A stretch of DNA of 64,000 bases from positions 9,362,001 to 9,426,000 of the forward strand of contig OZ249449.1 in NCBI GenBank assembly GCA_965235115.1, in the 5' to 3' direction. Both the position numbers and the translations under genes were made by a program. The notes beneath the pieces were generated by a model. It saw nothing but the letters and a program-made list of their open reading frames with translations. It ran no database searches and had not been told where the DNA came from. Source of the DNA: Laetmonice hystrix (Eukaryota). Below are positions 49,252 through 63,520 of this stretch, piece by piece. The number at the start of each line of letters is the position of its first letter. Positions within the stretch are counted from its first letter, which is position 1.

Positions 49252-52200
49252 ATGGAGTTACGTGGACGACTGTGTGCTGCTTTGTGCATGTGTTTGGTAG
49301 TTATTATCGGACAAGGTGAGTAGAATACGGGTATAGTTTTCTTGTGTAATCATTATGGCTCTAAGGGGTACGAAGAGGCATAAAGTTGTGTCCACGAAAT
49401 CTGGAGATCGTGCACAATGCATTGTGCTTGGCTGAGACTGACTCAGTGACTGACTGACTCCGTCTCAGACTGAGTCAGACTCACACTCAGTGACTGACTG
49501 TCTGAGTGGTGTGACACTGAGAGAGTCCCCAGTGACAGACACTGGTCGGGTGGTGAGTTGGTGACAGGTTAGTCTCGATTGGTTGATTTACAACCATTTA
49601 ACCAACCACAGGGCCCGATTTCTCGAACATACTTAAGTATACTTAAGTCTAAGTTTCACTCAAATCTACTCAAAAGAACGTTTTTAGCCAATGTGAATCC
49701 TCCATTTCCTCAGTTGAGTAAAGTTAAGTGAAACTCAGACTTAAGTATTTTCGAGAAACCGGGCCCAGGGTCCGGTTTTTAAAATAAGCCAAGGCTTACT
49801 GGTAAGACTGGGCTTACGGTAAGACTAGGCTTACGTTTCTGTTTTTAAAACAAGTTCTAAGCCCCGCTTGCGCCAAGCCTAGGCTTAGCCGTTGTCATGG
49901 GCGGAAAACTGACGAGACAATGGTGAATCAAACTTCCGCCATGACCAAAGGCCGTCGATTCCCGAATGTAAACAAACATGATTCTACATAATGTAGCCAA
50001 GGAATTACATTATTTATCCTGTAAGTTATGAGTTCTAACATATATAGCCTTATACCGATATGGAAAATGACTGTTAAATGTCAAAAAGTACTTTAAAAGA
50101 GGCTTTGAAAATTCGAATCGACAGAGCGATCGAGCGGGTCACAAGCGCCACCTAGCGGATTTTTTATGCATACGCCCATGGCTAGATTTGTGCGGATCCA
50201 CGATGTGTGACCATGAAGGTTGTAAACAAACGTCAATCTCGCCATGAAATGACAATGTATTTACCGTTACTTATCAGTTCTACAGTGTATAACATCCTTA
50301 CAATGTGGAGTATTCTTAGTAAGAGTTTAAAGCTAGTTTTAGGGCAAAAAGATGCCTTAAATCGGCACGGAGTCGGCACAGGCTTAGGGCTCGTAACTTC
50401 TGACGTAAGACAACTCCTTCCCTGGCTTATAAGCCTGAGCCTGGCTTACGCTTACAAGCCTCATTTGCATGTTTTAAAAACACAACATGTAAGACTGGGC
50501 TTAATCTTACCCTAGTTTACGAGTAAGCCAGGCTCAATCTTATTTTAAAAACCGGACCCAGAACACTTTGGACGATTGGACTGGAGAGAATCAATGGAAT
50601 TATCACGGGAGCTGAGGCCAGGGCCTGGCCCTGGTTTTTAGTTTGCAAACCAAGTCTTAAGATTCAAATCTTAAGACTGAACTTTTGTTTCTGAGCTTCT
50701 GATTGGTCCTTCAAATGAGGTCAACCAATAAGAGACCATAACACAAGTCAGTCTTAAAATTCCAGTCTTAAGATTGGTAAAATGACGAACTAAAAACCGG
50801 GCCCAGGGGTTCACCATTGTATGATTGTTTTTTTCATTCATCAATCATTCCCAGCATTCTGGAAAAATACGTAACAGAGTTTGACTAATTATCAACATGT
50901 CATCCTTTCCATGGTCCCAGGACGTTTCGAGCGCAGACCAGTTCGAGCGCCGCTCCATTGCCAGTTTCGAGCGCGATTAAGTTCAAGCGGCAACGAGTTG
51001 AGCGGGGCTCCGCTGGTGGAGCTGCCCGCATGATATGCCCTCTCGTCTGCGGCCGATTTCGATCGGGGTCGATTTTGATTGAGACAGTTCAGCGCGGCCA
51101 CGTTCGAGCGTGCTTTGGGAGGGCCCCGTCGATGTCGCAATATGAATAATAGCCTAGTATCATCATACGAAAGATAGGGATACAATTCTTGCGGACTTCT
51201 GAGAACGGAAGTTGTGAAATACAGGCCGAGTTGTAAAATAGTTGCGCTCGAAGTGGTCGGTGTCGGCGCTCGAAGTGGTCGGCGCTCGAACTGGTTTGCA
51301 CTCGAAACGTCCAGACACCCTTTCCATGACCCACCCAATTTCTAAGAAGCTGGCTAAATCTTTCAGGTGCGAACGGGAGCGAGAGCAGGCCTATTTTGGC
51401 AGGTTCTGCTCCAGTGTAGTCCAGCCTGGGGTGCGTTCCACTAACCGAAAGACATCTTTGGAAAGACGTCTTTGCGGGGCCAGTGTTAAAGAATAGGTGG
51501 TTAGTGGAACACCCGTCACCGCAAAGACCTCTTTGGGCTCAGCGACCATTTCAAAGACGTCTTTCGGGCTTAGTGAAATGCATCCCCGTCCACCAGAATC
51601 CTGACACTTTCTTGTTTCATGTTTCAGTGACGGGAGATCGAACAAGTCGAAAGATTTACGTGGAAATCAACGGAATAAGAGCATGTTTTCGTCGTATGAA
51701 TGCTACTCACCAGATAGGCTGCAGCTGTAAGGAACTTACTAAAGTACTTCTTGTAGTGCTTCATGTAAAATCTCAATTCTCATTAAAATGAATGTATAAA
51801 CTTTTTTTGTGCAATGATCCCTATTTCACTTGTTATTTTGTCATGTACGTAAATTAAAATTCTTGATATTTTTACAGCTGCACAAGGAGGTAACGTTGGG
51901 GTAGTGCATCACATCAAGGATGCAGATGATATGCGGTGGTTGTTAGACAAAGGACCCCATACTCCTTACGCTGTAGTCATTACATCTCAGATGTTTAATC
52001 GGTATGTGACTTTACCACTCTTATCTCTTAGAAATAGAATCCATTATTTAAAAACGTTTAAAGCAAATCACTGACTTTTTAATGTGTGTAATTTATACAG
52101 GGAACAAGTATCTTTGACTCTGACTGGATTCTTATTTTTATATGTAAAGAATAATCTGTGCTATTGTAGTTATTTTATCTTTGGTTAATTCACTATACAC

Positions 52201-55200
52201 TGAAGAGAACTCTGTGATGAATATGTGAATGATACAATGATATTTATTGGATGACACAGGGACAATGTTCTTAAACTACGAGAGTCGCAGAAAGTGAATG
52301 CCATCTTGGTCATCCATAGCAACCATTCCGATGCTCCAGACAGATTTTCTGCAGACAATACTTGTCCCAATAATGGCTATGGTATGTCTGCTTCCTGTTG
52401 TCTTTGGGTTTTAGAAAAATATTTCTCTTTTTTGTTATTATCTTTAGAATTATCAAGACATGATGTTTTGTTTCCGGACTCTTCTCAAGGATGGCAGAAT
52501 TCGTTGTTATGAGGATGTCTATTCATCATATTTTAACTTTGGTAGAATTAAGTTTATTTCAACTGCAGGCAGTCATTATAATATTTAAAATAATTTTATG
52601 TTTACTGGAATATATTCATATATTTGATATGATTTCTAAGGTTTGTACAAAGAGTCGGAGGATTATGGGAACTGTCATCAAGGAGACTGGAACCCAGTAG
52701 CATCAGGGTTAATGTTTGAGGATTTTGACTTCCCAATCGTAGCCCTCACCAACTACACTGAAGTTAACCACTTAGTGAACCATGTAAGTAGTAGACAATA
52801 AGACCCAAACAGTGGTTTCTTCATTTATTTAAGTCAAGATATCTGAAAGAACCAAGATATGAAGAATCACTTTTTATTCACCTATACATGTACATACAAG
52901 GAAGCATTTCTTCCCTAATTTTATATGTTAAATCCTGATAAAAATTAACAGGGGTGAGGATTAAAAAACAGGGAGGTCTGGAAACCCGAACCCCACTTAT
53001 TTTAATTCTTGGCGTATAATTACAGTGTTATGAAAAGTTCAACAAGCCTGATGTCAATGGCAGTGCCCGACAGTATCCCCTGTGTGCTGCTCTCGTCAAG
53101 GATGCCATGATGGCTGCCAAGGATACTCCAACTTGTATTAGGAGATCCAACCTTAAGTTAAACCTCAACCCAGGTAACACTCGTATCATACACAGCGGTG
53201 GAAAATCAAAACATTTACAACAAATGCTGGGGGGCACCTTGGCAAATTAAATTTTAAAAGGGTTTTAAGGCAAAGTTTTAACAGGTCACAGGTGACATTC
53301 AAGCCCTGTATGTTACCAGCAACAGAAGATTTTACTACTTTATTAAGTTGTTCTTCCATCATAGAGACAGGTTGCAAAACCAACCGAAGCGTGCATTCAT
53401 CCATTTTTGTTTTTGCAGAAAAATACTGCGACCCTCTTGGAGACCAGAACATATTTGGTTTCCTCCGCCCTGTGACGGAGGACAAGCCTTACGACAATGA
53501 TTCCATCATTATAGCTGCAACCCGAGTAGGTCTCACTATATCTCTAAGTCCTTGCCAGAATTAAAATTGATGCTTAATAATAACAACTTCAGCGTTCAGG
53601 ATGTGATCAGTGTTGTATGTTTGTCAATTTAAGATGGACGGATTTTCACTGTTTGACAAAATATCACCGAATGCTGAGGGGACAGCATCGGGGCTCATCA
53701 CATTGTTGGCCGCTGCCCACGCCCTGGGCCAAGTGAAAGCCACCCTCGGACATGACCACAAACCAATCTTGTTTACATTCTTCGCAGGAGTAAGTTTGCA
53801 AACAAACATTGCCACACATTGCATCAGTAATCATGAAACAATAGATCAGTTCGGCTTCTTGAAAATTCTTTTTGTCAAATAAACATATGAATTATACATT
53901 TTTAGCACCAGATATGTTATTAATGTGACGTGTTTCCTTCATTATGTAGGAAGCGTATGACTACATCGGGTCAAGTCGAATGGTCTATGACATGGACAAG
54001 GGCTATTTCCCAACAAAGGTGCCGATTGGGCCACAACCTGTTAAACTGCGGCACCTGAAGGCCATCTTCGAAGTTAGCCAGGTACCTAATATATCTAAGG
54101 CTTTAATATCCTATACATCCATTATACGTCTTATCTTTTTTTTTTACCTCTCTTCAGGCAAGTCTCGAATTGAAATGAAATATTACTTTTCAAGTATTGA
54201 GGTATCATTAGTTGTTTTTTTTTTCACTAAAGGTGGCGCTCCCAGAATCTGGCAAGATGTGGGTTCACAGTGACCCCCTCAGTCCTTCCGAGGTCAAAGA
54301 CCAGGTAGGTCAAAGTCATGTCATGGTCAGAGTCTGTGAAGGTCAAACATGGAGATCTCAAACTCTGGATCCTTGATCAATCAAAACAATCCACCAAAAG
54401 CTGCAGATATCAAAATCACAAGGCAATCTCTTTCTTTGTTCTGTTTTCAAGAATTTATTTCTGGAACATTCCCGAACATTCCAAACTAAAGTTAATAGTC
54501 ATAACATCCTTTTCATCAGGTGGCAGATATAGCAGAAACAATAAAGGAACTAGGAAAAGCAGAGGATATAGACCTTGAAGTTGATCGTACAAGTACGTCG
54601 ACACCGCTGCCGTCGGCATCGAGTCAATCATTCCTGAAGAAGATGGACCTTCCAGTCATCCTCATGGCTGATCACAACAAAGCTTATAATAATAAGTGAG
54701 TTGGCACTTTTACATTGTGAAATGCTTTATTGTGTGGAGTGAGTGATTTTCTTTTTAAATGCACGGGCATCAGGCGTAACCCAGTTACTTTGAGAATGTC
54801 CGGAAAGAGAAAAGTTGTATAGTCCTCTACTGGAATCGAACCCGGCACCCATTCGCATAAGGTACATTGCATAAGGTACACTTTTCACAGTAAAGTTTCA
54901 CTGTCCTAAGACCTATTGACATTATTTACCATTATCCAGCCTTTTTCCGTTTTACTATTCATGTAATTTTGAAAATATAATCCTCTGTATTTTTCAGATA
55001 TTATAACAGCCGGTTTGATGTACCAGCCACAATACATGCAGACTATCCCCCAGGAATGAATGCAAGTGACGAGTATGATTACATTACTCCGGCAGCAGCC
55101 CATCTTCAAAAGGTCGCCACAATTGTTGCTAGGACGCTCTTCACCATGGCAACCGATAACAAGTCTGCATCCCACATTTCCGTCGACAACACAACGGTAG

Positions 55201-58200
55201 GCCCTGGATATTTAATTACAATAAATGCTGTGTTCAGTGTGTCTTTTTGTGACATACATGTAATTGTTTGGCATTTATTGTAATTTTTGTCTCAAGTAAC
55301 TATTATCTAGAACTAGAAGAAATTTTTGTAACACATTTTTTTATTCCTTCATGTAGGTGGCGAATCTCCTGTACTGTTTCTTGCATTCTCCCCAATGTGA
55401 ACTCTTTAAGCAAATTGTCCCAGAGGAGAGTCATAAACGTCTCAGTAAGTCAACTTTTTGGTGCTCATTCATACACTTGTGTATAATATTTGTGTGTAAG
55501 AGACCATTTGATTAAAACGAAGTTTCCATGAGGCTAGTGTAGCCTACTTAGTCTTGTGACTCTGTTGGTGCTTACATTCATTATTCTGTACATAAATTCT
55601 GTTGAACACAAATCCTATCATTTAGCTTTCAATAAAGAATTTTATTGAGATTACTGACTTGAAAAGACCATTGCATATAGTCCTACTTTTTCGCTTGATC
55701 TGTTACAGGTGAGACGCCGTACCCGTTTTATGTGGGAGTTTCCATCGACAAAGCCACCCCGCAAGGGGTTGCGTACATGACCAGAAATCTTCTTGCATAC
55801 TTCCTTGGGGACCGTCTCAACATTACAGAAGAGAACTGTACACAAATATCTAAAAAAAACCTGGTAAGGATATGTTGTAATTCATTAGCATTTGAAAGAT
55901 CCAGAAAAACTGAACCACAAACTTCTTTTATCAAAATCAATATCAGGAATTTTTTTTTATATTTGCTGAAACCTTTGATTTTTGTCAAAATTATAAGAGA
56001 GACATCCGTAAAATTACGTTTTTAAATATATGTATGGGAAGAGAGGAGCATTTGTGTCGGTTGCCATGGAAACAGTGAATTGTGTTTAAATGACTTGATC
56101 CCTTTTGTGTTTTTTACTGATGCAGGAATTTAAGTATATGTACCTTCCTGGACCTGTCAATGCCACGGGAAACCGTAGTGGTATATGTATACAGACTACG
56201 GCAAACTACACCATAGCCCGCTCTCCTGCATTCGATATTGATGGTGAGTAATGTTTTGTTTCAATCTGTTTTAAATTTGTTGTCTGCAACACAGCTAAAG
56301 AGAAAGAGGTACCACAATTTCTTTTCAGTAAACCATCTCACCTCGTGGCCCCGTACAATGATGTTTCTGTAGCTCAATGTCTGGGGTGTAAAACCATTTT
56401 GATTGATTGAGTTGACTGATTTGATTGATAATTGCAGGCTATGATTGGTCATCCAATCAATACTCGTCATGGACGGAGAGTCAGTGGATGTAATTTGATT
56501 GATAATTGCAGGCTATGATTGGTCATCCAATCAATACTCGTCATGGACGGAGAGTCAGTGGATGTAATTTGATTGATAATTGCAGGCTATGACTGGTCAT
56601 CCAATCAGTACTCATCATGGACGGAGAGTCAGTGGATGTTGGATGCCATGCAGGTCCGGATCTTCCTAGTTCCAAGTAAAACCCGCGAGGTATGCAGCCA
56701 TTTACTCCTTTACTCATTATTCATTACTTTTATCGTTGACCATTGATCACAAAGGTATATGAACAGATGGTGAACTGATGATTGATCAAACAGATTTGAG
56801 TGACATATATGGTGGTGAGAGAGTTAATTTTGTTATGTACATAGAAGTCCTATGTTAGTAGTGCTAGACTATGCCTGAGGTAGTACCCTAACTTTCATTA
56901 TAAACAATTACTAGAAAATCCATGTTTTATTGACACTCACACTCATTTTAAGTTTAAATCCAGTTAAGGCATTTGGGTGATTTTTCTTCTTTTCATATGG
57001 GGTGACTTAGCGCGTTTTGAAAGGGGTATAAAAAAAATTTCTGCCAGGAAGATGTATCATTGTATATGAGGCGTTGCTAAGGTTACATTAACTGACTGAA
57101 AATTGGTATGCCATATGTATATGTGCACACAAGCCCATAGTACCTCATATGTCCAAAACCATTTTCTGTAACCAAGAATTGTATACATAGAGTTAGTCTT
57201 TTTCTCCTTGAACATTAGCTGGAAAAGTTCAACTGTCCTGTAGTTTTAGGATCTGGGTCCAAGTGTGAGTCTCATGTTTTGAGCACTAAGGTCTTCTTAT
57301 AGGCGCTGAGATTAAGACAATCCTTAGACTTAAGTTGCTACTTAAAAAGCAGGGTTAAGTCCCTTTGTACTCGGTTAGCAGCAGAAGTTGGCTTTGCAAT
57401 GTTATGTTTACGGGTAAACTGTTTGTGTGCTCGTACTTGGTTGCCTGCTGTGATGACAGTGCCGTTGCTATGGCGACGTTTCTTCATTTCTAGATTGCCA
57501 TTCTGTGCGGGGGGTTGGGTTTTGCGGCGGTAACGACAATTGTCATCTACTTTGTGAACAGCCGTGCACGCTCCATGTTCACATTCACAGAATGAAGGCA
57601 CGTGATGCTTCAGTTTCCTCTGTTGTTGTCATTGGCAACCGTCCCTTAGCAACCAGTTTTATGGCCAATAATTTGTTTTATTCGAAAAGATACAGACGTA
57701 ATTAATGTTGGAAATTCAGCATCTTTCAGCAAGCTTACCAAATTCTTCTAAATTCCTTTTTTTGAAAATATGTATGGAAGAAATCTCCAGAGTGTCCAAA
57801 TAGTCTGTACCCCCTCCCGCCCACGCTCCCCATTTCTTGAAGAGCCTCTGCTTTTATCCTTACATATTTGTTGAGTGTTTCCAGTGTATAGCATAGTGGT
57901 GAAGGTCATAATTTAGTGGCTTATTCTGACCATACATAGTTGTTGTAGAGTTAAGTAACAGGTATGTAGGCTTGATTCCGTTTGAAAGAGGATTTGTTCA
58001 GTTAGAAATGACAGTATGTCGGCGTCATTGTGGTTCCAACTTTTGAATCAAGGCGGCAGCATGGAACCCTGGTCACAGGGCAGTCTCCAAGGAACACTTT
58101 GCAAAGTCCGTGTTTCTGCTATTTTGAGGGAATATGTACTTACAATTGAAAAGTGCATGCTGTTGATTTGTGTCAAATTAACCGGCCTACTCTAACCGTT

Positions 58201-58727
58201 TGTCCGGAATTTGTATTCCGGCTGAGGCCGACTCCCTAGTGTTTTAATTTTTGTGGTATACTCTATGAAAGTCACGTGATCTTCCTAAGTTTAATCAGTG
58301 TAAGGCCTACCTTATTAATTCTGATTAAAAAAAAGGGTAATCACTTTGTTTATTGCAGCATCAATTTATCAATAATACAGAGAGATAGTAATGTTTTTCG
58401 AATCTTTAAGCAATACACATAGACAGGTCATTATAGTCGCCATCGTCGACAATGCTAGAGATGGTAGGCCTACAGTTACTTGAATAGACTCCGCCCCATC
58501 ACACTAATGGTAAACCACCATGGCACAGAGCCAAGACTTTATTACTTGAACGCGTATTGTATTCATTATGTACCAATGTCACTTTTCTAATTACAGAATG
58601 TGTTGTATTTTTTCAGATCACGACGCTGTGCGTTGGCTTGGCATTGTTTATTGTCTCAATGGGGTTAACTTATCTTCTACATGAAAAGGCGGCCGCCATG
58701 TTTCGGCCCCTGCGGATTTCTTTGTGA
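49252..58727 (+). CDS. NCSTN: Nicastrin (gamma-secretase subunit), about 705 aa
   Basis: Exons 49252-49315, 51628-51726, 51878-52001, 52260-52381, 52641-52783, 53026-53173, 53419-53525, 53634-53789, 53950-54081, 54233-54304, 54520-54695, 54998-55196, 55357-55444, 55709-55863, 56126-56243, 56586-56689, 58617-58727 (2118 nt). Signal peptide, RKIY..CFRRMNATHQIGCS, the DYIGS motif (EAYDYIGSSRMVYDM), YSSWTES.W and a C-terminal TM helix. Confidence 0.97.
49612..49765. mobile_element. MITE, Harbinger-like
   Basis: TIR GGCCCG(A/G)TTTCTCGAA.ATACTTAAGT, with CAG on both flanks. Confidence 0.8.
49769..50558. mobile_element. Non-autonomous TIR element, Harbinger-like
   Basis: Perfect 20-bp TIR GGTCCGGTTTTTAAAATAAG; CAG on both flanks, the left one shared with the preceding MITE. 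Confidence 0.85.
50627..50803. mobile_element. MITE, Harbinger-like
   Basis: TIR GGCCC(T)GGTTTTTAGTT / AACTAAAAACCGGGCC, right flank CAG. Confidence 0.7.
50921..51311. mobile_element. TIR element with CAG flanks
   Basis: About 31-bp TIR GACGTTTCGAG(C/T)GCA(G/A)ACCAGTTCGAGCGCC, internal GCGCTCGAA repeats, CAG on both sides. Confidence 0.75.
51429..51586. mobile_element. MITE; a truncated copy of the same family lies at about 28695-28726
   Basis: Imperfect TIR GGGTGCGTTCCACTAACCGAAAGAC; the same left end follows CAG at 28695. Confidence 0.65.
56419..56639 (+). repeat. 74-bp tandem triplication of the nicastrin intron 15/exon 16 junction
   Basis: Unit atttgattgataattgcag|gctatga(t/c)tggtcatccaatca(a/g)tactc(g/a)tcatggacggagagtcagtggatgt(a). 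Acceptor AGs end at 56437, 56511 and 56585. Confidence 0.97.
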
Positions 58728-61700
58728 TGACTCAGCAGAAAATACCAGAACCTGCAAAGGGTTTCGTTGAGTTGGAGTGAAATGGAACAGAGTAAAAGAG
58801 ATGTAACTGGTCGAGGAGGGTGGGCCTAGTCCACAATAGGCTTGGGCTTGTATGGTGTCGGTTTTGGTCGCCAGGTGGCGTCGCGTTCCTATATGCTTAG
58901 TGCTAAAGATGAGAACAAGGTGGCAGCACTAACGCAATGACCGGCGCTTGTGTGCTCACAGCAGGGCGTGGGTAAAAATGTTACAATGTATCCGTCTTAG
59001 GATATAATTATTACACACAGTATATTTATTTTTATAAGTTCTTTTCAATAATTAACGTAAATTAGTGTATTCGTTAAGGAACCTATTTTGTTGTGGCTGT
59101 ACCATAGGATTTGGGCAATCAATGTGAATCAACTCCAAATCGCATTTCATTTGTGCGTTATTTCATTGTTTTCCTGTAAGAAAAAGCTGCAGTGCAATAC
59201 AGAAACATACTAGAGCAAGTTTGATAACGTGATATATACCCAGATGTTAGAAATCCGTAAAGACTGTGTAAGGCAGGGGGGGGGGGGGGTAGTTCCTTAT
59301 AAGGTAGAAAGGCTGCGTGAAAGTTTGACTGTGACGTCACCAAACTTCACAAGACCGACCAATAGGGGCAGTTGTTAGATATCATGTTCGTCTGTGACAG
59401 AAGATCATTGGAAAGGACGAGTATCGTGATGCAAGAAACTCATCTTCATCAACCGACATTCCACGTGACGTCATCATCAATGACGTATCCGCAAGACCTT
59501 TTTGTACGATTTGGTTCAGATTTAATCTCATTTGTGGAAAATGGATTTGTATCATACATATAGCACCGGATCGAGAAGTCACGATTAGCTTCCAGTTCTG
59601 AAATGTGGTGTCGGCCTATATGATTAAAACAAAGGGGGGGGGGGGGGGTCGGAATTATTGAACTGGTTTTCTTTGCAAAGGTGGTTGCGATTTGCTTGTA
59701 ACTAAAAGCAAGAAGCGATGTCTAGCGGATCTTCGATTTTTTAAAATGAATGCCATGGTTTGGTTGTTTTGATCATCAGAAGCTACATTTTAGGGCAAAT
59801 TGGTTGTATGGGTGAGTGTAAGAGTAGAGTTCAAAAATGTATTTGTATGAGTCTGGACTGAAAATGGGACTGCGGACGATCAACATTCGTGGTGGATATC
59901 ATGTAATTTATGCGTGAATTTTGAATTGAAGATTTATTTAGGGGAGGGGAAAGGTGACAAAAATCAAGTTTCGGAGAATAGCCGCGAAGAAGCCGTGTGG
60001 GGGTAGGGCCGGTTGGAGGTTTGTAACAGAAACAAGAAAAGGCCTTCGTGGATACACCTATACTAAGGTATAAGTATTACATGTGTACATGTGTGGGTTT
60101 TATACAGAAATGTAAATAAACACGTACAAAGACGACCTATATTATTTTGATGTAAATAGGTTACGATGACCTAAATAATTTAAGAAATTGGTTGTGTGAG
60201 TATTTGAATGTTGCTTGACTTGTGCTTGTAACGCGTGGACATGTATTAAATCTATGTAAAATCCATTTGGTTTTTGGTCGGCGTTCCATTCAATCGTTCT
60301 TCCATTATCTGTCCCTTGTCTGTTTGTCCAGGGGTGCCCCCTCCCCCTTCCCTTTGGCGCAAACTTTTCTTTTACCCACCTCCGTAGGCCTACTCCAGTA
60401 AGTCAGTCCATATGACACGAGATTCAGACTATAGCACTTGATATATACTTTCCAAAGCCATCGGTCTGGCGTCTTCGCCCTTCGTAAATTGGAATAATAT
60501 GTTACCATTCATTATTTCATAATTAGTCATACATTCCGGACACATAGAACGGTATATTAAAGTGCCCTTTTCAAACTGATCCCATGACTGAGAGATAACG
60601 CGTCGATCCTTTGATCTTCACTGGCGCGTGACGACAGTAAATGTTGAGGTCACAGAACTCGTGGAACGCTGTGCCAAAACGGCGGGAGATAGACGCAGTT
60701 CTGTTTCCAAACTTCCAAACTGGCGCCTCGAGTTTGACATGTGGGTCACTCCAACGACGATTCCACTGAAACACATCGAGAAGAAGATCTACGAGTTCAC
60801 CAAATGAGGTCGGAACCCTCCACAAGTTTGCAACAAGGAACTTTGCTACCATGTGGAACCGCGAGATCAGCTAGCCCATATGTGTTGATATTTGTTTTGT
60901 GCAGTGCGTTGGCCAATATCTAGGACAATATATATAACGTCACGCGGTGTTGCTGCATGATCCCCAGGACAGTATAGGGGGAACTAAGCGACCTGAACTC
61001 TAACCCAACAAAGTGCAGTTCCTGCTGTAAAACTAGGGTATAGACTAATAGAGCACACCACGGCTAATACCGAGAACTGGATCTACATGGCGGTGTCTGT
61101 AGGCCTATACGACAGTCACTGAAAGCCTGGAACGGAGGGGGTCGAACTACAACACCCCAAACCTTACGTACAGCCAACCCGAGGCCGGTCGACAACCAGC
61201 ACCCAGACTGGCCCTCAGCACAATCATAGTCTGGGTTGGCTATGTACAGTGTAAGTACCCTCGTTGTTTGCCGGATTGAACGGGAAATTGTGGGGGTGGG
61301 GGTGGCGGATCCAGGGGGGTGTCGGCGACGTCCGGATCCCCCCTCAAATTAATTTTTGCCAAATTAATTTTTTTATAACCAAAATGCCTTTTGTTTTTAC
61401 CACGGACCCCCCTCTATTTGCCCTTTTTATGCTGGACCCCCCTAGGACCCCCCCCCCCCCCTGAAGATAGACCCTAGATCCGCCCCTGTGTGGGGGTGGG
61501 GAGATCCACCAACATCACGATTTGAGCCTATAGGCCTGTATATAATTTATAAGATTACGTGATTAATGCATGTGTTAGGCAAAGAATGACGTACCTCGGG
61601 ATTTCCAGGCTGCGTGGTAATTAATTTAATTAAGAAAATGCGTTTCACATGAAAAAGTGCACCGCGATTTTCCTGTGAATATACTTGACCACAGTTAGGT

Positions 61701-62588
61701 CTAGAACACTTCGTTTAAATGAAAATTTGTGTGGGAACATTATAATATTATGTTGAGAAAACATAAATATAGACATTGGGAACATGGGTTATAACTTTAG
61801 ACAAGGCATTAAGATGGTATTTATAGGATATCAGACATATAGGATCGAATCCCTGAACTGTAGGCCTAATGCTGACACCTAGCTTGGAGTCATATTGAAA
61901 GTATAGTGCGATAGTGGCGGAATGCAACCTTTTTAGCCCCCCACCCCACCCCCACCCCCCGATCCGCCATTGGCAAGCTCTGCTGCATGCATATAGCGTT
62001 CAGTGCACAGAGAGATAACGACCTCAAAGTGGGAACAGTCCCCGCAGATTGGCGAGAACGCCGTCGGAAATATCCCTCCATGATTCAACATATTCCTGAA
62101 TCAAGACGTGTAGACCTATCTGGTGTTGGGTCTACTTAACTATTGAGGCCCTGCTCAGAGTAGGCCTACGTAGGCCTAGTTTATACGGGAATTTCTTCAG
62201 CAGTTAAAAAAGGTCCTGCTAGTAAAAATGTAGCCTATAGGCCCAGACTTCATCGCTTATTGCACTTTTCTTTATGTACATTGGCGCCAGACATGCAAGC
62301 CATGTCAGCTGTACTATATGACGTCACGCGCTTACAGACCTATTTATAGAACAGCACAAACTGATATCGTGGCCCATGTCAGTAGCCTACATGTAGGCCT
62401 ACTATGGTCCACCGTGATGTAGCCTAGCTACTGCAAAAACCATGCTGGGGAAGTAAAGGGTCACGGAGAACGTCGTGTGCGATCCGAAAATCGATCTCCC
62501 CTCCCCCCGACCTTCATAACATCTTCGTCTGGCAAAGCATATACTTCAAGTCATCTGGCAAATACAGCGAGGAAATAAAAATGCACTA

Positions 62589-63520
62589 CAGTGGAGTCCG
62601 GTTATAACGAACACGCTTATAACGAATTCCCGCTTATAGCGAAGTCAATCTCAGGAACGGAATCAGTCTCTGTTATGTTTAATATAATTTAGTCCGGATA
62701 TAACGAAGTTTGGCTATAACGAATTTCCGCTTATAACGAAGGCCTTTCCAGTCCCAAAGTGACAACTCCCCGGCTATAGCGAAGTAGGTCAAGTGGCAAC
62801 TGACCCAAGTCGGCAGGTGTGACCGCCGGGCGGGAGGGAATGAACTCCCTTAACTGGACACATGTCATTACGTAATGGGAGGGGAGGGTGTTACTGAAGG
62901 CCTTGCCCACAGGCTCATGTTTGGCTTGCCTACTGGCGGCGACTTGTAAAGAAAAGAGCGACTTGTCACCGCCTTGGTCAAAAATAAATGCCGACTTTTT
63001 CCACCTGAGGGGCCATGGTCTGTAGGCCGCGGTCTGTCTATCTGAGGAGAGCTGCTACACTTCAGTCTATATCTCACATTGGTATCCTGGGCCCCTATAG
63101 ACCCCTACCAAATATACTCAATTTTCACCCCCCTACACATCGTTTGATTATTTTCTCCAGGTGTGGGAATTACAGGTGGGCCTCCCCATAGAGACTACGA
63201 AGCTGTACGTGATTGGCACCACCCCTCCAAAGCTGGGACACTAATATAATTCATAATGATAGTACAAAGCGATATTTAAAGTACTGCATAATAGCATTGG
63301 TGTCTATAACACATAGTCATAGGTAGCCTAAACAAAAAATTGATTGGTGATTAGGCCTATATTTAGGTCAACCTAGAGAGCACTCTAGCGGCATGACTAG
63401 TAGGGAGAGCCCCCTGGTGGCTAACTGACACATTAAGGCGTCTCCCGCTTATAACGAAATTCCGCATATAGCGAATTTTTTCCGCGGTCCCGAGTACTTC
63501 GTTATAACCGGACTCCACTG
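62589..63520. mobile_element. Non-autonomous Tc1/mariner-superfamily (pogo/Tigger-like) element
   Basis: Perfect 23-bp TIR CAGTGGAGTCCGGTTATAACGAA, TA on both flanks, subterminal TATAACGAA repeats, no transposase ORF. Confidence 0.9.

Noticed and set aside
54826-54860. tRNA B-box-like GGGTTCGATTCC on the minus strand
   Set aside because: No A box or cloverleaf recognisable; at most a SINE fragment.
60571-60852. 93-aa minus-strand ORF in the distal intergenic region
   Set aside because: No recognisable domain, no splice acceptor and no supporting neighbouring exons.
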